This document shows, one piece after another, positions 24,476 through 36,500 of a stretch of 64,000 nt of DNA. The notes under the pieces are model-generated. The model saw only the letters and a list, made by a program, of their open reading frames with translations, had not been told where the DNA came from and did no database searches. The position numbers were made by a program, and so were the translations under genes. How positions within the stretch are numbered: position 1 is the first letter of the stretch; each line of letters opens with the position of its first letter. This stretch comes from Octopus sinensis (taxonomy: Eukaryota), in assembly GCF_006345805.1 (NCBI RefSeq), contig NW_021833799.1, positions 21,867 through 85,866 on the forward strand, read 5' to 3'.

Positions 24476-24539
24476 TATATATGCTTGTATTTATATATGT
24501 GTGTGTATGTGCCTATATATGTATGTATGTGTGTGTATA

Positions 24540-24920
24540 TGTTTGTGTGTCTGTGTTTGTCCCCCCCTCCCTGCAACATCGCTGGACAACCGATGCTGGT
24601 GTGTTTACGTCTCCGTAACTTAGCAGTCTGGCAAAAGAGACCGATAGAATCAGTACTAGGCTTTCAAAGACTGGGTCCTGCAGTCGATTTGCTCAAGTAA
24701 AAAGGCAGTGCTCCAGCATGGCCGCACTCAAATAACTGAAACAAATAAACGGATAGGCGCAGGAGTGGCTGTATGGTAAGTAGCTTGCTTACCAACCACA
24801 TGGTTCCGGGCTCAGTCCTACTGCGTGGCATCTTGGGCAAGTGTCTTCTGCTATAGCCCCGGGCTGAACAATGTGCCTTGTGAGTGGATTTGGTAGAACG
24901 GAAACTGAAAGAAGCCCGTC

Positions 24921-24971
<51 letters not shown>

Positions 24972-25117
24972 ATTAATATATATATATATATTATGTATAT
25001 ATATGTATATATATATGTATATATATATGTATATATATATGTATATATATAGTATAATTATATGTATATTATATATATATGTATATATATATGTATATAT
25101 ATATGTATATATATATG

Positions 25118-25149
<32 letters not shown>

Positions 25150-25378
25150 ATATATTTATGTTTGTGTGTCTGTGTTTGTCCCCCTAGCATTGCTTGACAT
25201 CCGATGCTGGTGTGTTTACGTCCCCATCACTTAGCGGTTCGGCAAAAGAGACCGATAGAATACGTACTGGGCTTACAAAGAATAAGTCCCGGAGTCAATT
25301 TGTTCGACTAAAAAGGCGGTGCTCCAGCATGGCCGCAATCAAAATGACTGAAACAAGTAAAAGAGTAAAAGAGTAAGA
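24540..25378 (+). mobile_element. SINE family A 3' half followed by a full copy (24754-25378) with an expanded internal (TA)n
   Basis: Consensus match. The internal microsatellite is about 240 bp. Confidence 0.85.
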
Positions 25379-25900
25379 GTATACACACACACACACACAC
25401 ATACACACACATATACATACATGAAAGCGTTTAAAAATCCCCTACATATGCCTTCAATATCTAAGACTCCTTGTGGAGAAAACTTCTTTAGCAACATGTA
25501 TTAACAGTGCCGGATGGCGAGCAGGCCCGGGTGGGTGTAGGAAAAAACTCTAAACGTTTCTGTATGTTAGGGCTTACCCCCTCTAAGCCCTCTTCTACGG
25601 TGCACTGGGTTGTGTATGAAGGCGTTGGTACTATTTCACTGCTACCCCCCCCCTCCTATCCAGTTTTTTTTTCCTTTTAAGAAAAAACCGAAATGTGTAT
25701 ACATGCGTCCACTGTTCAAGTTCTTGGGTTACACAGACTAACTTTGATTAATTAGACACACACACACACACACACATATACATATGTATATATGTGTGTG
25801 TGTATATGTATATATGTTTATATATATATATGTATATATTTATATATGTGTATATATGTGTGTGTGTATATATATATAGAGAGAGAGACATTTATATTTA

Positions 25901-26300
25901 TAGGCGCAGGTATGTGTGGTATGTAGCTTGCTTACCAACCACATGGTTCGGGGTTCAGTCCCACTGTGTGGCACCTTGGGCAAGTGTCTTCTACTATAGC
26001 CTCGGGCCCACCAAAGCCTTGTGAGTGGAATTGGTAGATGGAAACTGAAAGAAGCTTATTGTATATATGTATATATATATGTGTGTGTTGTGTATCTGTT
26101 TATGTGTCTGTGTTTGCCCCCCCAACATTGCTTGACAACTGATGCTGGTGTGTTTACATCTCAGTAACTTAGTGGTTCGGCAAAAGAGACCGATAGAATA
26201 AGTACTGGGCTTACAAAGAATAAGTCCTGGGGTCGAGTTGCTCAACTAAAGGCAGTGCTCCAGCATGGCCACAGTCAAATGACTGAAACAAGTAAAAGAG
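25901..26300 (+). mobile_element. SINE family A, full length
   Basis: Consensus match. Confidence 0.85.
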
Positions 26301-26806
26301 TCTATAGATATGTGTGTGTTTGTGTGTGTGCATTTATGTGAGCATACTTGGCCCGGTGGTTAGGCTGTTGCAGTCACGATTGCGAGATCGTGGTTTCAAT
26401 TCCCAAATTGGCTGCACATTGTTTTCTTGAGCAAGACATTCCAGTTCCCACTGCTTCTGTCCAATCTAAACCCCAGATTGATAACCACCGCATCAGAGTA
26501 TAAACTTTCAGAATATTTGCTTACCAACGAAGAATTACCACAAATCCCCCCAACCAGATTTTCCTGTTCGTCTGCTGAATTTATATTTAGACACCATTAA
26601 CAACCACCTGTCACCATTTCATTTTATTTCCATCCTTTCATTTACTCAACTGGTGTGCTGCTGGGAGCCATTTCTCGTTTGCCTGGATTCCATCTCGTTT
26701 TGTTTGTTCTTGGATTTTAGTTAACGAGCCCAATCTTAGCACCACCTGTATGCACCTAATTCACATGCTTTTAATGTACAGCAATACCTGAACTATTGTA
26801 GGTGTT

Positions 26807-27200
26807 CATCATCATCATCATCGTTTAGCGTCCGCTTTCCATGCTAGCATGGGTTGGACGGTTCGACCGGGGATCTGGGAAGCCAGAAGGCTGCACCAGG
26901 CTCCAGTCTGGTCTGACAGTGTTTCTATGGCTGGATGCCCTTCCTAACGCCAACCACTCCATGAGTGTAGTGGGTGCTTTTTACGTGCCACCGGCACAGG
27001 TGCCAGACAAGGCTGGCAAACGGCCACAATCGGATGGTGCTTTTTACGTGCCACCAGCATGGAGGCCAGTCGGGGCGTCGCTGGCAACAGCCACGTTCGG
27101 ATGGTTCTCTTACGTGCCACAGGCACTGGAATCACAGCTACAATTTCCATTGATGTTGATTGATTTTGATTTTCACTTGCCTCAACAGGTCTTCACAAGT
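26807..27200 (-). mobile_element. Family D copy
   Basis: (CAT)n end and subrepeats. Confidence 0.8.
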
Positions 27201-27204
27201 AGGG

Positions 27205-27500
27205 TGTTGTGTTCCAAAAAAACCCGCGATAGATGAAAATCCCTGAAGTAGAAACAGTACTTCAGGGTACTTTAGGTGGTGAGCTGGCAGTTGAATTATG
27301 TACTTAAGTCGAAGCACCAGGTCAGTCTGGTATTATCTGCACAGCTCGAAGTAAGCTGAATAAAATCATGGATTTCTTCTGTCTTCTTGCTCTGTTAAAG
27401 TATTTGAGTAAAATTATATCAATGTGTCCAACTGGTTAAAATTCTATTTACTTATTTGTGCAGCTGAGGATAGCACTGCATTTAAATTGATGTTATGATT
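27205..27500. mobile_element. Possible Tigger/pogo-like MITE remnant; part is homologous (inverted) to 36515-36630
   Basis: GTTCCAAAAAAACCCGCGATAGATGAAAATCC resembles pogo-type MITE subterminal motifs. Hairpin CCCTGAAGTA/TACTTCAGGG. TTTAAATGCAGTGC.ATC.TCAGCTGCACAAATAA is shared with the 36.5 kb copy. Confidence 0.4.
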
Positions 27501-27574
27501 GCATTGTTCAATTAAATGGAACTGCTTGAAACAGTTGTACTGCATCACTTCTTGATATCCTGTTGCTTATTTTG

Positions 27575-27604
<30 letters not shown>

Positions 27605-27605
<1 letters not shown>

Positions 27606-27854
27606 GTAAAAATAATATGTGACAATTATTCAATAGCCACGATAAAACTCTAAGTTTGGATGCCGAAGTGGAAATCCACAACACCATCTCTTCGGCTATC
27701 TGGCCATCTGAAAAACACTATCATAAAAACGCTAAACATACCGTTTTTCAGATGGCCAGATAGCTGAAGAGATGGTGTTGTGGATTTCCACCTCAGCATC
27801 CGAAACTCAGAGTTTTATCTTGGCTACCGAATAATTGTCACATATTATTTTACA
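27605..27854. mobile_element. Fold-back element (112-bp arms, 26-nt spacer) with a hammerhead in each arm
   Basis: Arms 27605-27716 / 27743-27854. The right arm (+) 27759-27819 reads GATAG-CTGAAGA-GATG..CATC-c-GAAA-C-tcaga-G-T-T-TTATC. The left arm (-) copy has CCGAAGA and has lost G12. Confidence 0.7.
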
Positions 27855-27949
27855 GATAAATTTCCTCTATTTACATAATATTGAGGTCTCTTTCTTTCTT
27901 TTGTTATCTTACCGTGTTTACCAATATACATATATATATATATATAAAG

Positions 27950-28375
27950 AATAAATCGAAATCGATGAACATCAATGGAAATTGCAGCTGTGATACCAGT
28001 GCCGGTGGTACGTAAGAGAACCAACCGAACGTGGCCGTTGCCAGCGCCGCCCCAACTGGCCTCGTGCTGGTGGTACGTAAAAAGCACCAACCGATCGTGG
28101 CCGTTGCCAGCCTCGCCTGGCCTCCGTGCTGGTGACACGTAAAAAGCACCATCTGATCATGGCCGTTCGCCAGCCTCATCTGGCATGTAAAAAGCACCCA
28201 CTACACTTTCAGAGTGGTTGGCATTAGGAAGGGCATCCAGCCGTAGAAACATTGCCAGATCAGACTAGGCCTGGTGCAGCCTCCTCGCTTCCCAGACCCC
28301 AGTCAAACCGTCCAACCCATGCTAGCATGGAAAGCGGGCGCTAGACGATGATGATGATGATGATGATGATGATGA
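27950..28375 (+). mobile_element. Family D copy
   Basis: Ends ..CCAACCCATGCTAGCATGGAAAGCGG..(GAT)n. Confidence 0.8.
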
Positions 28376-28494
28376 ATAAGAAGTTTCGAATGGTACAACA
28401 ATGCACTATAATACAGACAATGGGCTGAGTATACCTGTTGTAATTTAGTCATCCATAGTCTTGATAATATCTCAAAATAAAATTCCTTCTTCAG

Positions 28495-28536
28495 ATATTC
28501 TTAGACGGAGTCGCTGCTATAATCGGTTTTCCAGCG
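28495..28536 (+). other. Candidate 42-nt internal exon
   Basis: Acceptor TTCCTTCTTCAG, donor-like GCG|GTGTGT. Open as IFLDGVAAIIGFPA (phase 0) or xILRRSRCYNRFSS (phase 1). Confidence 0.25.
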
Positions 28537-28661
28537 GTGTGTGTGTATAGACAATATATGTACATACATAGAATAAGTACTAGGCTAGCAAAGAATAAGT
28601 CCTGGGGTTGATTTGCTCCAGCATGGCCGCAGTCAGATGCCAAACAAATAAAGGAATAAAT

Positions 28662-28842
28662 ACAGGAGTGGCTGTGTGGTAAGTTGCTTGCTTACCAACC
28701 ACATGGTTCCGGGTTCAGTCCCACTGCGTGGCACCTTGGGCAAGTGTCTTCTGCTATAGCCCCGGGCCGACCAATGCCTTGTGAGTGGATTTGGTAGACG
28801 GAAACTGAAAGAAGCCCGTCGTATATATGTATATATTAATAC

Positions 28843-28896
<54 letters not shown>

Positions 28897-28914
28897 GTAT
28901 ATATATATACATAT

Positions 28915-28982
<68 letters not shown>

Positions 28983-29208
28983 TACATACATATATATATA
29001 AGGCGGCGAGCTGGCAGAAATGTTAGCACGCCAGGCGAAATGCGTTGCCGTATTTCGTCTGCCGTTATGTTCTGAGTTCAAATTCCGCCGAGGTCGACTT
29101 GTCTTTCATCCTTTCGGGGTCGATTAAATAAGTACCAGTTACGTTTGTCTGTCCTTGTTTGTCCTCTCTGTGTTTAGCCCCTTGTGGGTAATAAAGAAAT
29201 AATATGTG

Positions 29209-29243
<35 letters not shown>

Positions 29244-29465
29244 GTGTGTGTGTGTGTGTTTGTTTGTGTGTCTGTGTTTGTCCCCCTAGCATTGCTTGAC
29301 AACCGATGCTGGTGTGTTTACGTCCCCGTAATTTAGCGGTTCGGCAAAATAGACCGATAGAATAAGTACTGGGCTTACAAAAGAATAAGTCCCGGGGTCG
29401 AGTTGCTCGATTAAAGGCGGTGCTCCAGCATGGCCACAGTCAAATGACTGAAACAAGTAAAGAGT
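28662..29465 (+). mobile_element. SINE A split by a SINE C copy (29000-29205) inserted in its internal (TA)n tract
   Basis: A head 28662-28822, (TA)n, family C, (TA)n, A tail 29250-29465. Confidence 0.75.
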
Positions 29466-29978
29466 GTATATATAGATATATGTATGTGTATATATGTGTG
29501 TGTTTGTGTGTGTGTATACTACACAGATATAGATAGATAGATGGATAGACCAATGGAGGGACAGACAGACAGACAATTAAAAAGATAGACAAACAGACAG
29601 ACAGATAGACAGAAGCATAGATAGATAGACAAACACACACACACATGTACCCTGAATTAACAATGCAACTCTTATCCGCCACCCCACTGCCTCCACCCCT
29701 AACTCTACCCCCTTATCTCTCAATACTACACAACTGTTAACCTTTTTCCACCCTGATCTCTGGTACAACTTAAATTACATTTCCTGTCATCCACCCCATC
29801 CACCCCGCCCCCCCCCCCGACCAACTACCCAGAGTGGAGGCTGGTTTAAAATTTACCCCCCCCCCCCGGGTCTTCTATGTGTGATGTCTGATCTCCCCTT
29901 CATCTACCTCCCTCTCCGCCTCCCCTCACACACTCCTCTGCTCAAGCAGAAGTGGTTGGCAGAGGGTGATGCTGTGTA

Positions 29979-29989
<11 letters not shown>

Positions 29990-30024
<35 letters not shown>

Positions 30025-30755
30025 TGGATAATGATATTTTGATAATCTGACATTTTGAAAATTTGACATATGCTACAAGGTGCATTTCAGAAGTTTTGAG
30101 ACTCAGTTTACAAAAGGCAGATCTTTTCAGTTTGACCGGCAGTTTTTTCAAATAATTTCCAGGTAACTAAACACTTTTAAACTTCGTATACTGGTAGAAT
30201 GTGTTTATAAAACATCTTTTTCTCTTGGCTTTATTGAGAAAATTCTATGGTTTATAAGATATTTGGGTCTTTTCGGTTTGACCGGCGTTTTTAATTTTTT
30301 AAAATAATTTCCACGTAACTAAACACTTTTAAACTTCAATACTTGGTAGAATGTGTTATAAGACATTTTTTCTCTTGGCTTTATTGAGAAAATTCTATAG
30401 TTTGTAAGATATTTGGGTCTTTTCGGTTTGACCGGCAGTTTTTTAAAATAATTTCCACGTAACTAAACACTTTTAAACTTCATATACTGGTAGAATGTGT
30501 TTATAAAACATCTTTTTCTCTTGGCTTTATTGAGAAAATTCTATAGTTTGTAAGATATTTGTTGTTTTTTTTTGTTCAATTTCTGCAATTCCAACCAATC
30601 AATGACGTCTATTGAGGTAAAAAACATTCTGTGCCATATGAATATGTCCCTCGTTTAAGAAAGGGATCTTTTCGGTTTGACCGGCAGTTTTTTAAGATAA
30701 TTTCCACGTAACTAAACACTTTTAAACTTCGTATACTGGTAGAATGTGTTTATAA
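29990..30755. repeat. Repeat element with an internal tandem triplication of about 150 bp plus a partial fourth copy
   Basis: TCTTTTC.GTTTGACCGGC..TAATTTCCA.GTAACTAAACACTTTTAAACTTC at about 30122, 30268, 30418 and 30667. Confidence 0.85.
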
Positions 30756-30889
30756 CCAATAGAATAAGTACTGGGCTTACAAAAGAATAAGTCCCGGGGT
30801 CGATTTGCTCGACTAAAGGCGGTGCTCCAGCATGGCCACAGTCAAATGACTGAAACAAGTAAAAGAGTAAAGAGTATACATACATCTAA

Positions 30890-31030
30890 ATCCAGGGTTC
30901 TCAACTAATTTTTCCCTATGGACCCTTTGATTACTATTTCATTCTGGTGAGCCAATCCCATCACCATTCGATGTTTAAAAGCTAGTTTTATAGAAACTTC
31001 TTTCAAAATCCCTATTTTGTTATTCCCACA
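30890..31030. mobile_element. Possible hAT-like MITE remnant with related segments at 31590-31770 and 32115-32190
   Basis: Starts CAGGGTTCTCAAC. CTAGTTTTATAGAAACTTCTTTCAAAAT is repeated at about 30985 and 31720. Confidence 0.35.
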
Positions 31031-31094
31031 TAACTAACTCATAGGTTGAACAATGTAAAATGTTAGGGAAAGAAACCCAGCTGTTTCTTGCAAT

Positions 31095-31580
31095 ACATAC
31101 CAATACCGTTCATGGCCGTTGCCAGCCTCTCCTGGCCCCCGTGCCGGTGGCACATAAAAAGTACCATCCGATCGTGGCCGTTGCCAGCCTCGCCTGGCCC
31201 CCGTCCCGGTGGCAATAAAAAGCACCATCCGATCGTGGCCGTTGCTAGCCTCGCCTGGCCCCCGTCCCGGTGGCACATAAAAAGCACCATCCGATCGTGG
31301 CCGTTGCCAGCCTCGCCTGGCCCCCGTCCCGGTGGCACATAAAAAGCCCCATCCGATCGTGGCCGTTGCTAGCCTCGCCTGGCACCTGTGCCAGTGGCAT
31401 GTAAAAGCACCCACTACACTCATGTAGTGGTTGGCGTTAAGAAGGGCATCCAGCCGTAGAAACATTGCCAGATCAGACTGGAGCCTGGTGCAGCCTCCTG
31501 GCTTTCCAGAGCCCAGTTGACCCGTCCAACCCATGCTAGCATGTAAAGCGGACGCTAAACGATGATGATGATGATGATGA
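31095..31580 (+). mobile_element. Family D copy with 5 subrepeats
   Basis: Repeated CCATCCGATCGTGGCCGTTGC.AGCCTCGCCTGGC and a (GAT)n tail. Confidence 0.85.
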
Positions 31581-31786
31581 CATACATCTAAAGCAAAATT
31601 GTTTCAGGGACCCTTAAAATACTCTTATGGGTCCCAAATTTACTATTTTGTTATGTGGACACCCCTTGATTACCATTTTATTCTGGCAAACCCCTTTCAC
31701 CATTTGATATGTAAAAACTAGTTTTATAGAAACTTCTTTCAAAATTCCTTAAGAGGCCCTTAAAATACTACCATAGATTTCTGATT

Positions 31787-32110
31787 GTGGAGGTGCAATG
31801 ACCCAGTGGTTAGGGCAGCGAAAACACCTAAAGCTCCACGAGGCTCCAGCAGGGGATGGTGGTGATCCCTGCTGTACTCTTTCACCACAACTTTCTCTCA
31901 CTCTTACTTCCTGTTTCTGTTGTACCTGTATTTCAAAGGGGCCAGCCTTGTCACTCTCTGTGTCACGCTGAATATCCCCGAGAACTACGTTAAGGGTACA
32001 CGTGTCTGTGGAGTGCTCAGCCACTTACACGTTAATTTCACGAGCAGGCTGTTCCGTTGATTGGATCAACCGGAACCCTCGTCGTCGTAACCAACAGAGT
32101 GCTTCCATCC
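31787..32110 (+). mobile_element. Internally deleted SINE family B with 12-bp TSD
   Basis: AGATTTCTGATT at 31775-31786 and 32111-32122. Confidence 0.85.
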
Positions 32111-32217
32111 AGATTTCTGATTCCCTATTTTGCTTGCATGGACCCCTTTTGATGACTATTTTATTCTGGTCGATCCACATAGTTATCCCTCACCTTCCCT
32201 ACAGTCCAGAATTGGAG

Positions 32218-32665
32218 AGGCACATGGCTTAGTGGTTAGGGTGTTGGACTCATCATCTTAAGATTGTGGTTTCAATTCCTAGACTGGGGTGATGCATTGT
32301 GTTCTGGGTTCAGTCCCACTGCATGGAACCTTGGGCAAGTGTCTTCTACTATAGCCTCAGGCTGACCAAATCCTTGTGAGTGGATTTGGTAGACGGAAAC
32401 TGGAAGAAGCCTGTCGTATATATGTGTGTATGTGTGTGTGCGCATGTGTGTGTGTGTATGTTTGTGTGTCTGTGTTTGTCCGCCCATCATCGCTTGGCAA
32501 CCGATGCTGGTGTGTTTACATCCCTGTAACTTAGTGGTTCAGCAAAAGAGACTGATATAATAAGTACTAGGCTTACAACGAATAAGTCCTGGGGTCGATT
32601 TGCTCGACTAAAAGGCGGTGCTCCAGCATGGCCACAGTCAAATGACTGAAACAAGTAAAAGAGTA
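32218..32665 (+). mobile_element. Chimeric SINE (E-like head joined to family A body and tail)
   Basis: GAGGCACATGGCTTAGTGGTTAGGG followed by TGGGTTCAGTCCCACTGC and an A tail. Confidence 0.7.
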
Positions 32666-32789
32666 TTCCGACATTTAGACTGGAGTGTTAACTTCAGAGA
32701 GATTTTGGCTGTTGTTTCTAGCACGTTCAGTTACCATATACAGATTGCCGCATTGACTATTGCTTGATGTTATCGGTGGTGGTGGTGGG

Positions 32790-34570
32790 AGGGTATGTTG
32801 TGGTGTGTGTGGGGGGGGGGTGATTATAGCTGACTGTAGTGCAGGCGGCGTCGGCGGCGCTGTTCCTTGTAGCAGTGGCGATGGTGGTGATGGTGGTGAT
32901 GGTGTTGGTGGAGACTGCTATTGATGATGGTGGCGGTGCAGGCAGCGCTGGCGATGATGGCGCCGCTGGGGGGCCTGCGGTGATAGCCGTGGCGACGGCG
33001 CTGGTGGCGCGGTAGTTGGGAGGTTGTTGTTGCTGTTGGCGGTGACGGCGGTGGTGTTTTGTATTGCTGCTGGTGGTGGCGGCGGTGGCTAAGCCGTTGG
33101 TACAGCGCTGCTGGTGGTGGTGGTGGTGGTGGTAGTGGTGGTGATGGAGCTGATGAATGCGGAGGTGGTGACGCTGTTGCTGCTGGTTTTGCTTATGGTG
33201 ATGATGGTGGCGGCAGTGGTGGTCATGGTTGTGGTGGTGGTGATGGTTGTGGTGGTGGTGATGGTAGTGGTGATTGTGGTAGTGGTGGTGGTCGTGGTGA
33301 TTGTGGTGGTGGTGGTGGTAGTGGTGGTCATGGTAGTGGTGGTCATGGTGGTGATGATGGTAGTGGTGGTGGTCGTGGTGATTGTGGTGGTGGTAGTGGT
33401 GGTGGTGGTGTTGATTGTGGTGGTGATGGTAGTGGTGGTCATGGTGGTGATGATGGTAGTGGTGATTGTGGTAGTGGTGGTGGTGGTGGTGGGGATTGTG
33501 GGGTGGGTGGTGATTGTGTAGGTGGTTGTGGTGGTGGTGGTGATGTGGTAGTGGTGGTGGTGGTGGTGGTCATGGTTGTGTAGGTGGTAGTGGTGGTGGT
33601 GTTCGTACACCATCGTGAGGGAGGAAATGTCGACGAAAGAAAGACAAGAAATCTCTCCCGAAACTCTAAAAGACGAACAGAAAAGGGAGAGAGAGAAGGA
33701 GAGAGAGAGAAGGAGAGAGAGAGAAGGAGAGAGAGAGAGAGAAGGAGAGAGAGAGAGAGAAGGAGAGAGAGAGAGACTTGTTGTCTGTCTGACATGTTTG
33801 CGGTGCCCGGATGGGTTTTCTGGTCGTCTGCTCGCTCCGTCATTTAACGGTGTCAAAAGTCTGGTATGTACGATGGAGGCGGCAGCAGTGGTGGTGGTGG
33901 TGACGGCGTGTTTGTGGTGATGGTGGTGGTGGTGGCGGTGGTGACGGCGTGTGTTCGTGGTGGTGGTGGTGACGGCGTGTGTTCGTAGTGGTGGTGGTGG
34001 TGGTGGTGGTGGTGGTGACGGCGTGTGTACGTGGTGGTGGTGGTGACGGCGTGTGTTCGTAGTGGTGGTGGTGGTGGCGGTGGTGATGGCGTGTGTTCGT
34101 GGTGGTGGTGGTGACGGCGTGTGTTCGTGGTGGTGGTGGTGACGGCGTGTGTTCGTAGTGGTGGTGGTGGTGGTGGTGGTGGTGGCGGTGGTGATGGCGT
34201 GTGTTCGTGGTGGTGGTGGAGGTGTTGGCGACAACGTTTTGTGGTAGTAATAGCGATGATGTTGGCGGCGGCGAGAACGGCGGGATGAAGATGGTGGCGG
34301 CGGTGATAGTGACGGAGTTAGGAAGTGGTGGTGATGGTGATGGTGGTGTTGGCGACGGCGGAACGTCATCGTACTGAATGATGAAGGTGGCGGCGGCCGT
34401 GTCGGATCGAGGTGGTGGTGGGGGTGGTGGCGGTGATGTGGAAAATGATTGTGTCGACGGCGAGGGTTTGCGGGGGGTGGGGTGATGTCGGTGAGGCTGG
34501 CGGCGGCGGCAGCAGAAGGTGGCAATTGTGGTGGTGGTGGTGGTGGTGGTGGTGGAGGCAGCGGCGGCGG
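32790..34570. repeat. GC-rich low-complexity block: (GGT)n, (GA)n and a GGTGACGGCGTGTGTTCGT minisatellite (33890-34210)
   Basis: Direct reading. CpG-rich relative to the rest of the window. Confidence 0.85.
33615..33863 (+). other. Candidate first or alternative exon inside the CpG-rich block
   Basis: Strong donor CTG|GTATGT at 33863/33864. Open frame MSTKERQEISPETLKDEQK..LVVCLTCLRCPDGFSGRLLAPSFNGVKSL ends in phase 0. Confidence 0.25.
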
Positions 34571-34683
34571 CGGCGTGATACCACTCTTGTTTGAGAACTA
34601 TTAAGTCGGGTGGTTGGTGATAAGTTGTGTCTAAATGTGTAGAATATATATATACATATATACATACATGTGTGTGTGTGTGT

Positions 34684-34711
34684 TTGGCCTTTTTGGCTGA
34701 GATCAAAGTGT
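34684..34711 (+). pseudogene. U2 snRNA 5' fragment fused to a diverged SINE A-like body (copy 1)
   Basis: TTGGCCTTTTTGGCTGAGATCAAAGTGT against the recalled U2 5' end TCGGCCTTTTGGCTAAGATCAAAGTGTAG. Confidence 0.6.
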
Positions 34712-34776
34712 GTCTTTGTGAATGCGCTGACCTCTTCTAGTTGGCATTCTGAGTTCGGTACCACTGCAGAGATACT

Positions 34777-35628
34777 GGCAACCTTTCGTCTCTAGTAGAC
34801 CTTTCCGTCGATTTCCGTACAAAAAACTTCTTTTTTTTTTACATATGGGCTTGCGGGAACTTTTGAAGTAATGAGAGCGAAAGAGACTAAGAGAAAGCGA
34901 TTGTATGACGAGGGAAGTTCTTTTGAAGTTACCGTGCATGGGAAGCATTGATGTACATGTGTGTGTGTTTGTGGGGTGTGGGAGACAGACAGTATGTTGT
35001 GTAAGTGAAGTGCTTCTGTTAGTAGTAATGAGAGCGAAAGAGACTAGAGAAAGGCGATGTATGACGAGGGAAGTTCTTTTGAAGTTACCGTGCATGTGAA
35101 GCATTGATGTACATGTTGTGTGTGTGTGTGTGTGTGGTGTTTGATGGGGTGTGGGAGACAGACAGTATGTTGTGTAAGTGAAGTGCTTCTGTTAGTAGTA
35201 ATGAGAGCGAAGAGACTAAGAGAAAGCGATTGTATGACGAGGGAAGTTCTTTTGAAGTTACCGTCATGTGAAGCATTGATGTACATGTGTGTTGTGTGTG
35301 TGGTGTGTGTGTTTGATGGGGTGTGGGAGACAGACAGTATGTTGTGTAAGTGAAGTGCTTCTGTTAGTAGTAATGAGAGCGAAAGAGACTAAGAGAAGCG
35401 ATTGTATGACGAGGAATTCTTTTGAAGTTACCGTCCAGGGGAAGCATTGATGTACTGTGTGTGTTGTGTGTGTGTGTGTGTTTGATGGGGTGTGGGAGAC
35501 AGACAGTATGTTGTGTAAGTGAAGTGCTTCTGTTAGTAGTAATGAGAGCGAAAGAGACTAAGAGAAAGCGATTGTATGACGAGGGAAGTTCTTTTGAAGT
35601 TAGTTACCGTCCAGGGGAAGCATTGATG

Positions 35629-35659
<31 letters not shown>

Positions 35660-36226
35660 TTGATGGGGTGTGGGAGACAGACAGTATGTTGTGTAAGTGA
35701 AGTGCTTCTGTTAGTAGTAATGAGAGCGAAAGAGACTAAGAGAAAGCGATTGTATGACGAGGGAAGTTCTTTTGAAGTTACCGTCCAGGGGAAGCATTGA
35801 TGTACATGTGTGTGTGTGTGTGTGTGTGTTTGATGGGGTGTGGGAGACAGACAGTATGTTGTGTAAGTGAAGTGCTTCTGTTAGTAGTAATGAGAGCGAA
35901 AGAGACTAAGAGAAAGCGATTGTATGACGAGGGAAGTTCTTTTGAAGTTACCGTGCATGTGAAGCATTGATGTACATGTGTGTGTGTGTGTGTGTGTTTG
36001 ATGGGTGTGTGGGAGACAGACAGTATGTTGTGTAAGTGAAGTGCTTCTGTTAGTGTGTGTGAAGAGACAGAGTAATGTGTGAAAGAGAAAGAGATAACTG
36101 AAATTTTTTACTCGGTGTATGTGTATATGTATGTATATTACTTCAAAAGTTCCCGCAAGCCCATATGTAAAATAAAATATTTTTACGGAAATCGACGGAA
36201 AGGTCTACTAGAGACGAAAGATCGCC
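34777..36226. mobile_element. Non-autonomous TIR transposon (Merlin-like) with TIRs of about 90 bp, 8-bp TSD and an internal 7-copy array of about 170 bp
   Basis: TSD GAGATACT at 34769-34776 and 36227-36234. The ends read GGCAACCTTTCGTCTC / GAGACGAAAGATCGCC. The array spans 34873-36055. An empty-site paralog lies at 40028-40035. Confidence 0.85.
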
Positions 36227-36334
36227 GAGATACTTAGTCAAGTGTCGTTTATTGGAGTCTCAGGCCTACCAAAGACTGGTGAGTGAATTTGGTAGACAGA
36301 AACTGAAAGAAGCCCATCGTAAAGTACATTCTTT

Positions 36335-36500
36335 TATTCTTTTATTTGTTTCAGTCATTTGACTGCGGCCATGCTGGAGCACCGCCTTTAGTCGAACAAA
36401 TCAACCATAGGACTTATTCTTTGTAAGCCTAGTACTTATCCTGTCAGGCTCTTTTGCCGAACCGCTAAGTAACGGAGATGTAAACACACCAACATCGGTT
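36335..36500 (-). mobile_element. SINE family A 3' half
   Basis: Reverse complement of the tail. Confidence 0.8.

Noticed and set aside
25545-25600. 8-bp hairpin AGGGCTTA/TAAGCCCT near GAAACGTT (minus strand)
   Set aside because: No CUGANGA core, and a 9-nt gap separates the stem from GAAA.
33059-34706. Thr/His/Pro/Gly-rich ORFs up to 478 aa
   Set aside because: Translations of (GGT)n low-complexity DNA on both strands.
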